DNA of 64,000 nucleotides from Candidatus Aminicenantes bacterium JdFR-78 (GTDB taxonomy: Bacteria; Acidobacteriota; Aminicenantia; JdFR-78): the NCBI GenBank assembly GCA_002010665.1, contig MTON01000032.1, forward strand, positions 800 through 64,799, written 5' to 3'. A program made the position numbers and the translations under genes. Below are positions 1 through 9,118 of the stretch, in pieces (position 1 is the first letter of the stretch; every line of letters begins with the position of its first letter). The notes below the pieces were generated by a model that was given only the letters and a program-made list of their open reading frames with translations, did no database searches and was not told the origin of the DNA.

Positions 1-2
1 AC

Positions 3-233
3 ACTAAAGAAGATATTGAAAGTTTACGCTCTCAATCAGGAATTAATTTTCCTATTGTCATTGCTGATTCTCTCTTAAATCAAAAATGGGTTTCTTTAAT
101 CCATGAATTTCGTGAAGCTGATTTAACAGATATTGTGTTTATCGTGGATAAAACAGGAAAAATTTTAAAAGTGTATCATAGAAACTGTAATTGTTATAAA
201 TCATTTTTCGATTTTGTAAATTCATTAATCTAA
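3..233 (+). CDS. 3' fragment (C-terminal ~76 aa) of a thioredoxin-fold redoxin (TlpA/ResA-like thiol:disulfide oxidoreductase); the 5' end lies outside the window
   Basis: Frame 3 is open from the window edge to TAA at 231-233. The translation ...ADLTDIVFIVDKTGKILKVYH... resembles the C-terminal beta-strand region of redoxin/AhpC-TSA family proteins. Confidence 0.4.
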   Translation, partial: TKEDIESLRSQSGINFPIVIADSLLNQKWVSLIHEFREADLTDIVFIVDKTGKILKVYHRNCNCYKSFFDFVNSLI

Positions 234-251
234 TATTTAAAAACTATTAAA

Positions 252-1349
252 ATGAAAGGAGCTGGATTATTAAGAACAATTTTAATAGGCATTTTAATTA
301 TTAATTCGTCTTCTCTTATAATGTGCCAAAAACAGAAAACATATGATGAAGAATACCAGAAAAAAATGAGAATGAAATGGCTAAAAGAAGTTCCCCTTCC
401 ACCCAACTCTATTGAACTCAAATTTAAATATTCATTTCCATCAAAAGATTTGGAGAAAAAGGGAATTTATTTGTTTGGTGCAAATTTTATTTCCAATGAT
501 TTTTCTGGAAATATTTTTGTAACAGATACTCGAGCTCATCAAATTTTTAAGTTTGCCCCTTCTGGTCGTTTCCTTGCCAAAATTGGAAAAAAGGGCCAAG
601 GCCCGGGCGAATTTAGTAGACCTTCTTTAATTATGCATACAGAAGATTATATTATTGTTTATGATAGAGGTAATTATCGGATTCAATTTTTTGATAGAAA
701 TGGAAATTATGTAAAAAGTTTTAAATTATATAAAACTTATTTTGATATGGTTATTAATAAGAATGGCTTAATTTTCGCTGCACCTATTCTCAGAACTAAA
801 AAATCCTTTTTAATTGATGTTTTGACTCAAGATGGTAAATTGCTTTATTCTTTTGGAAAGCCTAAGGATTTCAAATATGGTTGGATTCAGCTTAATTTCA
901 TTAAGTTAGCAACTAATGTGAAGGGAGAAATATTTGCTGCATTCATTCACTTTCCGATTATTCGTAAATACTCCCCAGAAGGAAAATTCCTTGCTGAATT
1001 TAGGGTGCGTCATAAAGCTGTAGATTTAGCGGAGAAAATGAATCAAACCCGTATTTCAAAACAGATGAGAACAGGATTTATAGCAATAATAGATGGAATA
1101 AAAAGTCTCGGAAATAAAATTTATATTTCACATTCTGCACCACGATGGAAAATATTTGAATTCGATTCTTATGGGAAACAGAAAAGATTATACTGGCATC
1201 TTCCATCATGGGATGTCCATTATACAGATTTTCTAATTCAAAAGAAAGGGAATAAAAAAGTTTTTTATTTTTTACAATCAACACCTGAAAATAAAATTTG
1301 TGTTTTTATACCAAAAATAATAAAAAAACCAAAAGGGGGTAAACCATGA
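252..1349 (+). CDS. NHL-repeat (six-bladed beta-propeller) lipoprotein
   Basis: The N-terminus MKGAGLLRTILIGILIINSSSLIMC is a signal peptide followed by Cys, i.e. lipobox-like. The body carries repeated NHL-type motifs (GQGPGEFSRPSLIMHTEDYIIVYDRGNYRIQFFDRNGNYV...). Its stop overlaps the next ATG as ATGA. Confidence 0.6.
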   Translation: MKGAGLLRTILIGILIINSSSLIMCQKQKTYDEEYQKKMRMKWLKEVPLPPNSIELKFKYSFPSKDLEKKGIYLFGANFISNDFSGNIFVTDTRAHQIFKFAPSGRFLAKIGKKGQGPGEFSRPSLIMHTEDYIIVYDRGNYRIQFFDRNGNYVKSFKLYKTYFDMVINKNGLIFAAPILRTKKSFLIDVLTQDGKLLYSFGKPKDFKYGWIQLNFIKLATNVKGEIFAAFIHFPIIRKYSPEGKFLAEFRVRHKAVDLAEKMNQTRISKQMRTGFIAIIDGIKSLGNKIYISHSAPRWKIFEFDSYGKQKRLYWHLPSWDVHYTDFLIQKKGNKKVFYFLQSTPENKICVFIPKIIKKPKGGKP

Positions 1350-1588
1350 CAAAAAGCATAAAAATTGGTCTTTGGAGTGGGATATTAATTTTAATCATTA
1401 TGATTACTGCTATACAAGCATGGGACTGGTGGTGTTCTCCTATTAAATGTGGAGGAGGATGTTATTGCGAGAGTAATTTAGGCAAAGTAGTTGAATTTGA
1501 TGACTGCTGTGGTTGTTGCAAATATGAATTTTGGTGGGGTGAAGATTGGCTCTGCTGTTGTTATGATGTATGCCCTCCATCACAATAA
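1346..1588 (+). CDS. small secreted Cys/Trp-rich peptide (80 aa; 12 Cys in the ~55-aa mature part)
   Basis: A strong SD (AAGGGGGT) sits 6 nt upstream of the ATG, and the ATGA overlap with the NHL gene indicates translational coupling. An N-terminal hydrophobic signal (MTKSIKIGLWSGILILIIMITAIQA) is followed by WDWWCSPIKCGGGCYCESNLGKVVEFDDCCGCCKYEFWWGEDWLCCCYDVCPPSQ. Confidence 0.5.
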   Translation: MTKSIKIGLWSGILILIIMITAIQAWDWWCSPIKCGGGCYCESNLGKVVEFDDCCGCCKYEFWWGEDWLCCCYDVCPPSQ

Positions 1589-1683
1589 AAACTTAAGTTA
1601 CAATTGAGCTTCATTGCGGAGTAATTTCCAATAAATTAAAGATTTAATTTGAGGAGCAAATAGGTTATAATAAAAGTGAGAAA

Positions 1684-2806
1684 ATGGATTTGATGGAATT
1701 AAAGAATAAATTTAAGGAGATTGATTTAAAAATACAAGAACTCAGAGGTTTTCTTTGAAGTAGATAAAAAGAAAAAGGAAATTAAACTCCTCGAAAAAGA
1801 GCTTTCAAATCCTGATATTTGGAAAAACCCTCAAAAGTCTGCCCAACTTTCAAAAAGAAAAAAAGATTTGGAAGAAGATATTAAATTAATAAATGAACTT
1901 AACAAGAAAAAAGAGGAAATAGAAGTTCTAATTGAATTAATGGAAGAAGGTGAAAATGTGGAAGAAGAAATTAAACAGATTTTGGAGTCTACAGAAAAAA
2001 CTTTAAATGAGCTGGAAATGAAAACCCTGTTTATAGATAAAGACGACCCTAAAAATGCAATTTTAACCATTCATCCTGGCGCTGGTGGAACAGAATCACA
2101 GGATTGGGCTCAAATGCTTCTGAGAATGTATCTCAGATGGGCTGAGAAGAAAGGTTTTAAGACTAAGATAATTGATATTTTACCTGGAGATGAAGCTGGA
2201 ATAAAAAGTGTTACGGTGAGAGTTGAAGGGAATTATGCTTATGGTTATTTATCTCAGGAATCTGGAGTGCACCGTTTGGTAAGAATTTCTCCTTTTGATG
2301 CAAACAGAAGAAGGCATACTTCCTTTGCAGCCGTATTTGTTTATCCTGAAATTGATGAAGAAATAGAAATTAAAATAAGGCCAGAGGATTTAAAAATTGA
2401 AACTTTTCGTGCAAGCGGACATGGAGGACAGCATGTCAATGTTACTGATTCTGCAGTTAGAATTACCCACATTCCAACAGGAATAGTGGTTCAATGTCAG
2501 AATGAAAGATCTCAGCATCAGAATAAGGAAACTGCTCTGAAAATTCTCAAATCTCGTCTCTATGAATATGAGAAAAGGAAACAAGAAGAGAAATTGAAAG
2601 AAATTGAAGAATCAAAAACTGAGATTGCATGGGGAAATCAAATTCGTTCTTATGTTCTCCAGCCTTACCAGTTAATAAAAGATTTAAGGACAAATGTTGA
2701 GACAGGTGATGTGAATAGAGTCCTTGATGGTGATATCGATGAGTTTATAAAAGCAAGTTTGATAAAAAGAAAAATGGAGTCAAAAGGTGAGAAGCCAAAA
2801 AGTTAA
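1684..2806 (+). CDS. prfB: peptide chain release factor 2 (RF2), requiring a programmed +1 ribosomal frameshift
   Basis: The zero-frame ATG at 1684 encodes [24 protein letters not shown] and ends at CTT TGA (1753-1758). The +1 frame continues as [15 protein letters not shown]... through the SPF motif ([12 protein letters not shown]) and the GGQ motif (SGHGGQHVN). The six-frame track shows only the downstream frame (1868..2806). Confidence 0.9.
1744..1758 (+). other. prfB +1 programmed frameshift site: internal SD-like AGAGG, spacer, CUU-UGA slippery/stop context
   Basis: Sequence is agaggttttCTTTGAa. CUU is in the zero frame at 1753-1755 and is immediately followed by in-frame UGA at 1756-1758. 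An SD-like AGAGG lies 4 nt upstream, as in the canonical prfB autoregulatory site. Confidence 0.85.
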
Positions 2807-2807
2807 G

Positions 2808-3572
2808 TTATTTCTTTTTGGCTTCCTCCCAAATTTTATCTAAGTAATCAAGGTCAACATCAGAAAATTCTTTTCCCTCTTTCTTCAATTTTTCTTCTAT
2901 ATATTTAAAACGCTTAATGAATTTTTTATTGGTCTTTCGGAGTGCAAATTCAGGATTTATTCCTAATAATCGAGACACATTTACTAAAGAAAAAAATAAA
3001 TCTCCAATTTCTTCTTCAATTTCCTTTTTGTTTTTATTTTCAATGCCCCTTTCTAATTCTTTTATTTCCTCTTTTACCTTCTCAATTGCCTCTTTTGCTC
3101 TTTTCCAGTCAAAACCATGTAATGATGCTCTTTGCCCGATTTGATATGCCTGAAAAAGAGCAGGAGATATAGATAGTTTATTAAAATCTTTATTTTTTTT
3201 CTCTTCTTTCTTTATCTTTTCCCAGTTCTTGACAACTTCTTGGGAAGTTTTGATATCTTCAGAGCCAAAAACATGGGGGTGTCGACGAATCATTTTATCT
3301 ACAATTGAGGAAAGAGAGTCTAAAATATTAAATTTATTCTTTTCACTATATATTTGAGCCAGAAATACTACTTCCATTAAGACATCTCCAAGTTCTTCCT
3401 TTACACCTTCAATATTTCCTTGCAGAACAGCATCTATTGTTTCAAAGACTTCTTCTAAAAAATAATTAATAATTGTTTCTTCAGTTTGTTCTCTATCCCA
3501 TGGGCATCCCTCTTCACTTCTGAGCTTTTTAAGTATATTTACAAGTTGTTCAAATTTCTCTCCAACACCCAT
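2808..3572 (-). CDS. mazG: nucleoside triphosphate pyrophosphohydrolase MazG
   Basis: Contains EEGCPWDREQT... and the EEVFETIDAV...EELGDVLMEV EExxE/D MazG motifs. Two MazG-like halves are present and the gene is convergent with prfB. Confidence 0.85.
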   Translation of the reverse strand: MGVGEKFEQLVNILKKLRSEEGCPWDREQTEETIINYFLEEVFETIDAVLQGNIEGVKEELGDVLMEVVFLAQIYSEKNKFNILDSLSSIVDKMIRRHPHVFGSEDIKTSQEVVKNWEKIKKEEKKNKDFNKLSISPALFQAYQIGQRASLHGFDWKRAKEAIEKVKEEIKELERGIENKNKKEIEEEIGDLFFSLVNVSRLLGINPEFALRKTNKKFIKRFKYIEEKLKKEGKEFSDVDLDYLDKIWEEAKKK

Positions 3573-3672
3573 TTTTAAGTCCTTTCTTGAACATTTTTTA
3601 AATTAGTGATAATATAATTTTCCTCAAGATACTTAAGTTATCCCATTAAATTTAAAAAATCAAATAATAAGA

Positions 3673-3960
3673 ATGAAAGGGAAGGAAAAAGATAAAGAGT
3701 TTCTTCCACTCGTTGATTTTAGTTCTATAGTTTTACCCTTCTATACACAAGCTCTGGTGAAACTCGGTGAAGTTGAAGATCCTATCACTAAGAAAAAAGA
3801 GGAAAATCTTGAATTTGCAAAGAGATTGATCGATTTACTTGATTTGCTGAAGAAAAAGACTGAAGGGAATTTAGAGAAAAAGGAAAAGGATTTTTTGGAA
3901 TCGAGCATATATCAACTTAAAATGCTTTACCTTAAAAAAGCAAATATTATAAAATTATAA
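3673..3960 (+). CDS. DUF1844-like small acidic/basic protein
   Basis: The pattern ...FYTQALVKLGEVEDPITKKKEENLEFAKRLIDLLDLLKKKTEGNL... resembles DUF1844. The gene lies directly upstream of ribF. Confidence 0.4.
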   Translation: MKGKEKDKEFLPLVDFSSIVLPFYTQALVKLGEVEDPITKKKEENLEFAKRLIDLLDLLKKKTEGNLEKKEKDFLESSIYQLKMLYLKKANIIKL

Positions 3961-3961
3961 G

Positions 3962-4903
3962 ATGGAGATTATTTATGGCCTCGAAAATATTTCCCCTTCT
4001 ACTTCTAAAGCCTTCCTTACAATAGGGATTTTTGATGGAGTTCACTTAGGGCATCAGAAAATTTTATCCTCTTTGAGTAAAAAAGCCAGGGAAGATAAAG
4101 CAATTTCCCTTGTTTTAACTTTCTCAGAGCATCCAGATAAGTTGCTTCACAAAAAATCCATTCTTTTGATACAGACCCTTAATCAAAGATTGGAGACTAT
4201 TAGTAAATTTGGAATAGATAAAACAATTGTTATTGATTTTAAAAAAGAAATATACTCTTTGAAAGCCGAAGAATTTATCGAAAAAATTTTAGTTAATAAA
4301 TTGAATGTTGATGAAATATTTGTTGGTGAGAATTTTCGGTTTGGAAAGGATAGAGCAGGAAATATCAATATTTTAAGAGAGATGTCAAAATCATTTGGAT
4401 TCAAGGTCAATTCCTTTCCATTAATTGAAAAGAATGGTAAAAAAGTGAGTAGTAGTATAATCCGAGACCTTCTATTAAGAGGTGAGATTGAAGAAGCGAA
4501 TTTGTTTCTTGGGCGTAATTATTGTATAGAAGGAGAGGTAATAAAAGGACATTCCAGAGGAAAGAAACTGGGTGTTCCGACTGCAAATCTTACGACTGAT
4601 AATGAAATATTGCCGCATGGAGTCTACATTACTTCAACAAAATTCGAAAATAAATTTTATCCCTCTGTAACGAATATAGGTTTCTGTCCCACTTTTGAAC
4701 AGAAAAGTTTGAATGTTGAAGTTCATCTCTTTGACTTCAGTGAAAATATTTATGGAAAAAAGTTAAAAATTTATTTTTTCAAAAAGATCAGAAATGAGAT
4801 AAAATTCAATAATCCTGCACATTTGCTCGAACAAATCCATTCTGACTTCAGAATTGCTAAAGATTTTTTCTCACAAAAAAGCTATATTATTAATCAGGAT
4901 TGA
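3962..4903 (+). CDS. ribF: bifunctional riboflavin kinase / FMN adenylyltransferase
   Basis: The N-terminal nucleotidyltransferase motif GIFDGVHLGHQ is present, and the C-terminal riboflavin kinase region is GRNYCIEGEVIKGHSRGKKLGVPTANL. Confidence 0.9.
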   Translation: MEIIYGLENISPSTSKAFLTIGIFDGVHLGHQKILSSLSKKAREDKAISLVLTFSEHPDKLLHKKSILLIQTLNQRLETISKFGIDKTIVIDFKKEIYSLKAEEFIEKILVNKLNVDEIFVGENFRFGKDRAGNINILREMSKSFGFKVNSFPLIEKNGKKVSSSIIRDLLLRGEIEEANLFLGRNYCIEGEVIKGHSRGKKLGVPTANLTTDNEILPHGVYITSTKFENKFYPSVTNIGFCPTFEQKSLNVEVHLFDFSENIYGKKLKIYFFKKIRNEIKFNNPAHLLEQIHSDFRIAKDFFSQKSYIINQD

Positions 4904-5184
4904 CCTTTTTTAAAAAGTTCTTCCCATTCTTTGATTGCTTTTTCTTTAATTTCTTTCTCTTCTTCTTTTTGTTCTAAGAATTCAAAAAACTGACATGAAT
5001 TTGGTTTCTCTTTATCCATTATTATAGGAGCGGCAGGTTCTTTGCATTCGTGGGGGGCGAAGTGCGAATAAAATTTACAATTAAGGCAAACTCTTAAAAA
5101 AGCGCCACATTCTCTACAAACTGCACTTTTATCAATAGGAAAATTTATCTCTATTTTTTTTCTGCAATTATAACAAAAATACAT
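4894..5184 (-). CDS. small zinc-ribbon-like Cys-rich protein with an acidic C-terminal tail
   Basis: CxxC...CxxC...CxNC spacing (MYFCYNCRKK...CRECGAFLRVCLNCKFY) is followed by an EEEKEIKEK-rich tail. The ORF overlaps the ribF stop by 10 nt in convergent orientation. Confidence 0.35.
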   Translation of the reverse strand: MYFCYNCRKKIEINFPIDKSAVCRECGAFLRVCLNCKFYSHFAPHECKEPAAPIIMDKEKPNSCQFFEFLEQKEEEKEIKEKAIKEWEELFKKGQS

Positions 5185-5283
5185 TTCCTCCCTATTATTA
5201 AAAATTAAAAATAAAATGTCAACAAGTCGAATTATTATTTATTCAGCTTGAATAATTGGAAAAATTTCTGGTAGAATTCAGGT

Positions 5284-6027
5284 ATGAAAAATCAATTGAG
5301 AGATATTCTTGAAAAATTGGCGAAAGGGGAAATTAATGTTGAACAGGCTCTTGAAAAATTGAAGTTTTTTCCTTACGAAGACCTTGAATTTGCTAAAGTT
5401 GATCATCATAGATTTTTAAGAAGAGATTTTCCAGAGGTAATTTTTGGACCAGGAAAAACAGATGAACAAATAATATCAATAGCAAAAAAAATATCAGAAA
5501 AAGAAGGTAATCTTTTGATAACAAAGGTCAGTCAATCAGTCTATGAAAAAGTAAAAGAGATCTTTCCAGATGCAAAATACAATTCATTAGCTAAATTAAT
5601 TTATGTTAAAAGAGATACATCAATAAAAGGGAAAGGGAAAATTCTGGTCATTACTGCAGGCACCTCTGATATTCCTGTTGCTGAGGAAGCCTATTTAACC
5701 GCTGATGTTATGGGAAATAAAGTGGAGAAAATATATGATGTTGGAGTTGCAGGTCTTCATCGTCTTTTCGGAGAATATGAAAAGGTAAAAGAAGCAAGGG
5801 TAATTATCTGTGTAGCTGGAATGGAAGGTGCTTTGCCAAGTGTAATTGCAGGAATAACAAGTGTTCCAATTATTGCTGTTCCAACAAGTGTGGGATATGG
5901 TGCAAGTTTTCATGGCTTATCAGCTTTACTCGCTATGCTTAATTCATGTCCGGGTGGAGTTGCAGTTGTAAATATTGATAATGGTTTTGGTGCCGCCTAT
6001 CTGGCGAGCATGATTAATCGTCTGTAA
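5284..6027 (+). CDS. LarB / PurE-family (AIR-carboxylase-like) protein; possibly the nickel-pincer cofactor biosynthesis carboxylase
   Basis: A short N-terminal domain is followed by a PurE-like fold (ILVITAGTSDIPVAEEAYLTADVMG...VAGMEGALPSVIAGITSVPIIAVPTSVGYG). The size (~247 aa) fits LarB rather than PurE. Confidence 0.5.
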   Translation: MKNQLRDILEKLAKGEINVEQALEKLKFFPYEDLEFAKVDHHRFLRRDFPEVIFGPGKTDEQIISIAKKISEKEGNLLITKVSQSVYEKVKEIFPDAKYNSLAKLIYVKRDTSIKGKGKILVITAGTSDIPVAEEAYLTADVMGNKVEKIYDVGVAGLHRLFGEYEKVKEARVIICVAGMEGALPSVIAGITSVPIIAVPTSVGYGASFHGLSALLAMLNSCPGGVAVVNIDNGFGAAYLASMINRL

Positions 6028-6301
6028 TTTTGTTTTCTTTTTTCTCTATAAATTTTCCAATTATCCAGCAAATCACACTTAAAATTCCTCCAATAATACC
6101 AAAAAACCTCGAAAGGAAGAAAAATACTAAAATAAATGATAGAAAAAGTAATATTGCTATCCCCTGAATATTCTTTCCTTTTCTTGAAATTTTTATTTTG
6201 TTTTTAGAAGATGTTTCAAGTGATGCACCACAATTTACACAAAATGGATAATCTGGAGAAGCCTCTTGAATATAACCGCATATTTTACATTGAACTTCCA
6301 T
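6014..6301 (-). CDS. zinc-ribbon membrane protein
   Basis: One TM segment precedes a C-terminal CKICGY...CVNCG zinc-ribbon-like motif. The ORF overlaps the upstream methyltransferase gene. Confidence 0.3.
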   Translation of the reverse strand: MEVQCKICGYIQEASPDYPFCVNCGASLETSSKNKIKISRKGKNIQGIAILLFLSFILVFFFLSRFFGIIGGILSVICWIIGKFIEKKENKITDD

Positions 6302-6977
6302 TGGTGGCTTTTTTAAGCAAAATAATGTGTTGTGAATGTATTCCTTTTAAAACTGGAAATATTTTTATAATTTTTAATTTTGCATAATTTACTTCTGATT
6401 CCAAATCCTCAAGAGAAATGATTTTTATTTTTGTTTTTTTCTTCATTAATTTCTTTCTTATTTTTCTTTGAATCGAGTGGATTTTATTTTCTATATAACA
6501 GGATATTATAATCCACTTTTTGGAAATTCGCTCAAGCTCTTTGAGCACCTTTACTCTTTCCTCTCTATAATGTAAATGGTGGAAGAATCGAAAGCAAAAG
6601 ACACAATCTATGGTGTTTGATTTAATAGGGATACCAAGTTTTAAATTGCTTACAAAATAAAAATTTTTATAATTTTTTTCTCTTGCCTTTTCCACCATTG
6701 AAAAAGACAGATCACTTGCGAAAATTTTATTTCCATTATTTTCAAGAATATTGATAAACCTACCGTATCCACATGGAATATCAAGAATAGAAAAATTTTC
6801 CTCTGAAATATTTTTTAGAATTTTCTGGACAATACTTTTTTCTCTCCAGTTCACAATTTTCTGGTCCAGGCCTTTATATCTTTTTCTTTCGTATTTTTCT
6901 ACTTCTTCCCTTCCAAAAATATGATTTTTTGTACCTTCACTCATTGATAATCTTTTCTGATAATTCTTTATCTTCAA
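6285..6977 (-). CDS. class I SAM-dependent methyltransferase
   Basis: A motif I-like LDIPCGYGRF and ...ASDLSFSMVEKAREK are present. The gene sits in the LPS gene block. Confidence 0.65.
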   Translation of the reverse strand: MKIKNYQKRLSMSEGTKNHIFGREEVEKYERKRYKGLDQKIVNWREKSIVQKILKNISEENFSILDIPCGYGRFINILENNGNKIFASDLSFSMVEKAREKNYKNFYFVSNLKLGIPIKSNTIDCVFCFRFFHHLHYREERVKVLKELERISKKWIIISCYIENKIHSIQRKIRKKLMKKKTKIKIISLEDLESEVNYAKLKIIKIFPVLKGIHSQHIILLKKATNGSSM

Positions 6978-8247
6978 AATATATAAATTTTGGAGAGGAA
7001 TTTATTAAAATTTTTTGAGAAGGAGAAATTTCATTACCCTCTCCATCCAGAATCTTCTCAATTTTTGGTAAAAATTGGATTATAGAGGAACTTCTTGGAT
7101 TCCAAGCAACTATAAAATATTTGTTTTTTTTATTTTTAAACAGAAAAATATAATTTGAAGAATAGTTGATTTTTCTTAAAAAAATAGAACCTTTTAAATT
7201 ATTTAACATATTTTTATAAGCCCAGTAACCTGGACGAAGCCTCCATTTTTTTTCATCTCTATTGTCTATTAAACCATAACCTGGTGCTATTAATTGCCAC
7301 CAGAAAATTTTTCCTATGAAACCAGAGCAAAGGCATAGGATGTGATATCTAATAAGGAAATCCGCATAATCTTTTTCACTAACATTTGGACGACCAGAAG
7401 CAGGTGAATATTTCCCTGTTCCCTTTAGAGGCCAATTTACCTCTGTAATCCAGCATTCTTTATTTTTGTTTTTTGAATAGTCAATGATTGCTTTCAAGAG
7501 ACATACCTTTTTTGATGTGTCCCATCCAAATTGAGTATTTTCAGGAGCTCCGAGTCTATCAACATAGAGTAAAGAACTTACTATATCAAAACTGAAATAT
7601 TTCAGGACAATATGTATAAGATGAAATTCAAAGTCAATTACTGCAGGTCCTATAAATTTAATATCAGGAAATTCCTGTTTAAGTTTATAGGCGCAATCGA
7701 GTAGTTTGAGATATTCTCTATAATCCCATACTCCCCATTTTGTTCTATTCCATGCATGTCCTATTTCAAAGTAAGATGCAGATTTATAGAAAGCTGTGAA
7801 AATTTTCTTTAAAGCTTCCTCCCATTTTTGGGGATTTAATACATCTTCACGATTCTGAAGAATTGCAATAATAAATGGAATTTTTTTCTTTTCTAAAAGT
7901 TCTGTTAATGAAAGATATTTATTAAGTTGATTTACTTCCCATGAAGGAACTCTAATTAAAGTATAATCCACACCAAGAGAAAGCAATCTTTCTATAACCT
8001 CTTTATTTCTATTCTCAATTGGAGAGATTGAAACAGCAAATCGAGATTTTATTTCCACAGGATTATTATACATTTCCTTTTTTAGTTCCTGATATTTTCG
8101 AATTACTGGGATTGCATCTTGAATTCCATATTTTAACTGACTCAAATAACTCCCAAGATGATGAAAATGCATTAAGAATCTTTCCTTTTTTGGAGCAATA
8201 TTATGAGGCTGGTCCGCATATGGATTCCAGATGAATTTATCTTTCAT
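6937..8247 (-). CDS. hypothetical cytoplasmic protein, possibly a clan GH-A-like TIM-barrel glycosidase fold
   Basis: There is no signal peptide. FEIGHAWN and CWITEVNWP resemble the acid/base and nucleophile strands of (beta/alpha)8 glycosidases. The call is tentative. Confidence 0.3.
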   Translation of the reverse strand: MKDKFIWNPYADQPHNIAPKKERFLMHFHHLGSYLSQLKYGIQDAIPVIRKYQELKKEMYNNPVEIKSRFAVSISPIENRNKEVIERLLSLGVDYTLIRVPSWEVNQLNKYLSLTELLEKKKIPFIIAILQNREDVLNPQKWEEALKKIFTAFYKSASYFEIGHAWNRTKWGVWDYREYLKLLDCAYKLKQEFPDIKFIGPAVIDFEFHLIHIVLKYFSFDIVSSLLYVDRLGAPENTQFGWDTSKKVCLLKAIIDYSKNKNKECWITEVNWPLKGTGKYSPASGRPNVSEKDYADFLIRYHILCLCSGFIGKIFWWQLIAPGYGLIDNRDEKKWRLRPGYWAYKNMLNNLKGSIFLRKINYSSNYIFLFKNKKNKYFIVAWNPRSSSIIQFLPKIEKILDGEGNEISPSQKILINSSPKFIYFEDKELSEKIINE

Positions 8248-8248
8248 T

Positions 8249-9070
8249 TTATTGAATTCTCAATAATTTTGCCAGTTTTTTGAGCCCGAGTTTCTTTTTT
8301 ATTTGAATTTTCTCCCAATATAAAAATTTATTGAATTTGTACCAAATCCAATAAAATATTGGCAAGTCATCTTTTCCAATGTATTCCATTAAGAAAAATT
8401 TTTGATGGGATGGAGGGACTCCAAGTCGGATTAAATTTCTTATTCTTTTTAAAATTCCGATTTTTTTTCTGAATTTTATTCTATTAACATCTACTAAATA
8501 AAAATTAAAATTATCATTTTTTTTACTTACAAGAACATTTCCATCTGATAAATCACAATGTAATACTCCCTTATTATGGCAATGCTTTAAAAAATCAGCG
8601 AGAGAGGAGAGTAATTTTTCAATATATATGGATTTATAATTCATGAATATATAACGAATTTCCTGAACATGATTTAGCTTTTCAGTAATAAAAAAGCCAT
8701 CTTTTGTGAAACCCTTTCTTCTTTTTTCAAAAAATGCAATCGGAAAAGGAGTTGGGATATTCAAGTCTATAAGTTTGTTTGCTGATTCCCAGGACTTGAT
8801 TGTCTTGGAAGGTAGAAAAAAGGTTTTTAGTTTGTTTAAACCAGAAAAAGAAAACTTTTTAATGAGAATTTCTTTGTAATTTTCTCCATTCAATTTGATT
8901 TTAATTGCTCCTATTTTATTTCTGCTATTTAGTAAAATTTGACATTCAGGTTTTTCTAAAAGAGAATTACAATCAGAAATTTGTCTGAGAAAGGATGGAA
9001 AATTATATTTGGAATTAATAAAACCTTTATATTCTCCAAAGGAAACTGATGTAATATGTTGCATTTCCAA
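8249..9070 (-). CDS. lipopolysaccharide kinase (Kdo/WaaP/InaA) family protein
   Basis: A protein-kinase-like catalytic loop VLHCDLSDGNVLV and ...FYLVDVNRIKF are present. The gene lies in the LPS core cluster next to GT genes. Confidence 0.55.
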   Translation of the reverse strand: MEMQHITSVSFGEYKGFINSKYNFPSFLRQISDCNSLLEKPECQILLNSRNKIGAIKIKLNGENYKEILIKKFSFSGLNKLKTFFLPSKTIKSWESANKLIDLNIPTPFPIAFFEKRRKGFTKDGFFITEKLNHVQEIRYIFMNYKSIYIEKLLSSLADFLKHCHNKGVLHCDLSDGNVLVSKKNDNFNFYLVDVNRIKFRKKIGILKRIRNLIRLGVPPSHQKFFLMEYIGKDDLPIFYWIWYKFNKFLYWEKIQIKKKLGLKKLAKLLRIQ

Positions 9071-9118
9071 ATAAGCTCAAGAAAAAGATTAGCTAAAAAG
9101 AATAATAGTGTCAAGCCG

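Noticed and set aside
230-421. Small antisense ORFs overlapping real genes (e.g. 230..421, 1078..1284, 2917..3172, 45460..45822, 46204..46592, 52682..53264, 55999..56516).
   Set aside because: They are embedded antisense or out of frame in strongly supported CDSs with recognisable domains. They show low-complexity or odd composition and no SD. They are typical spurious ORFs of AT-rich DNA.
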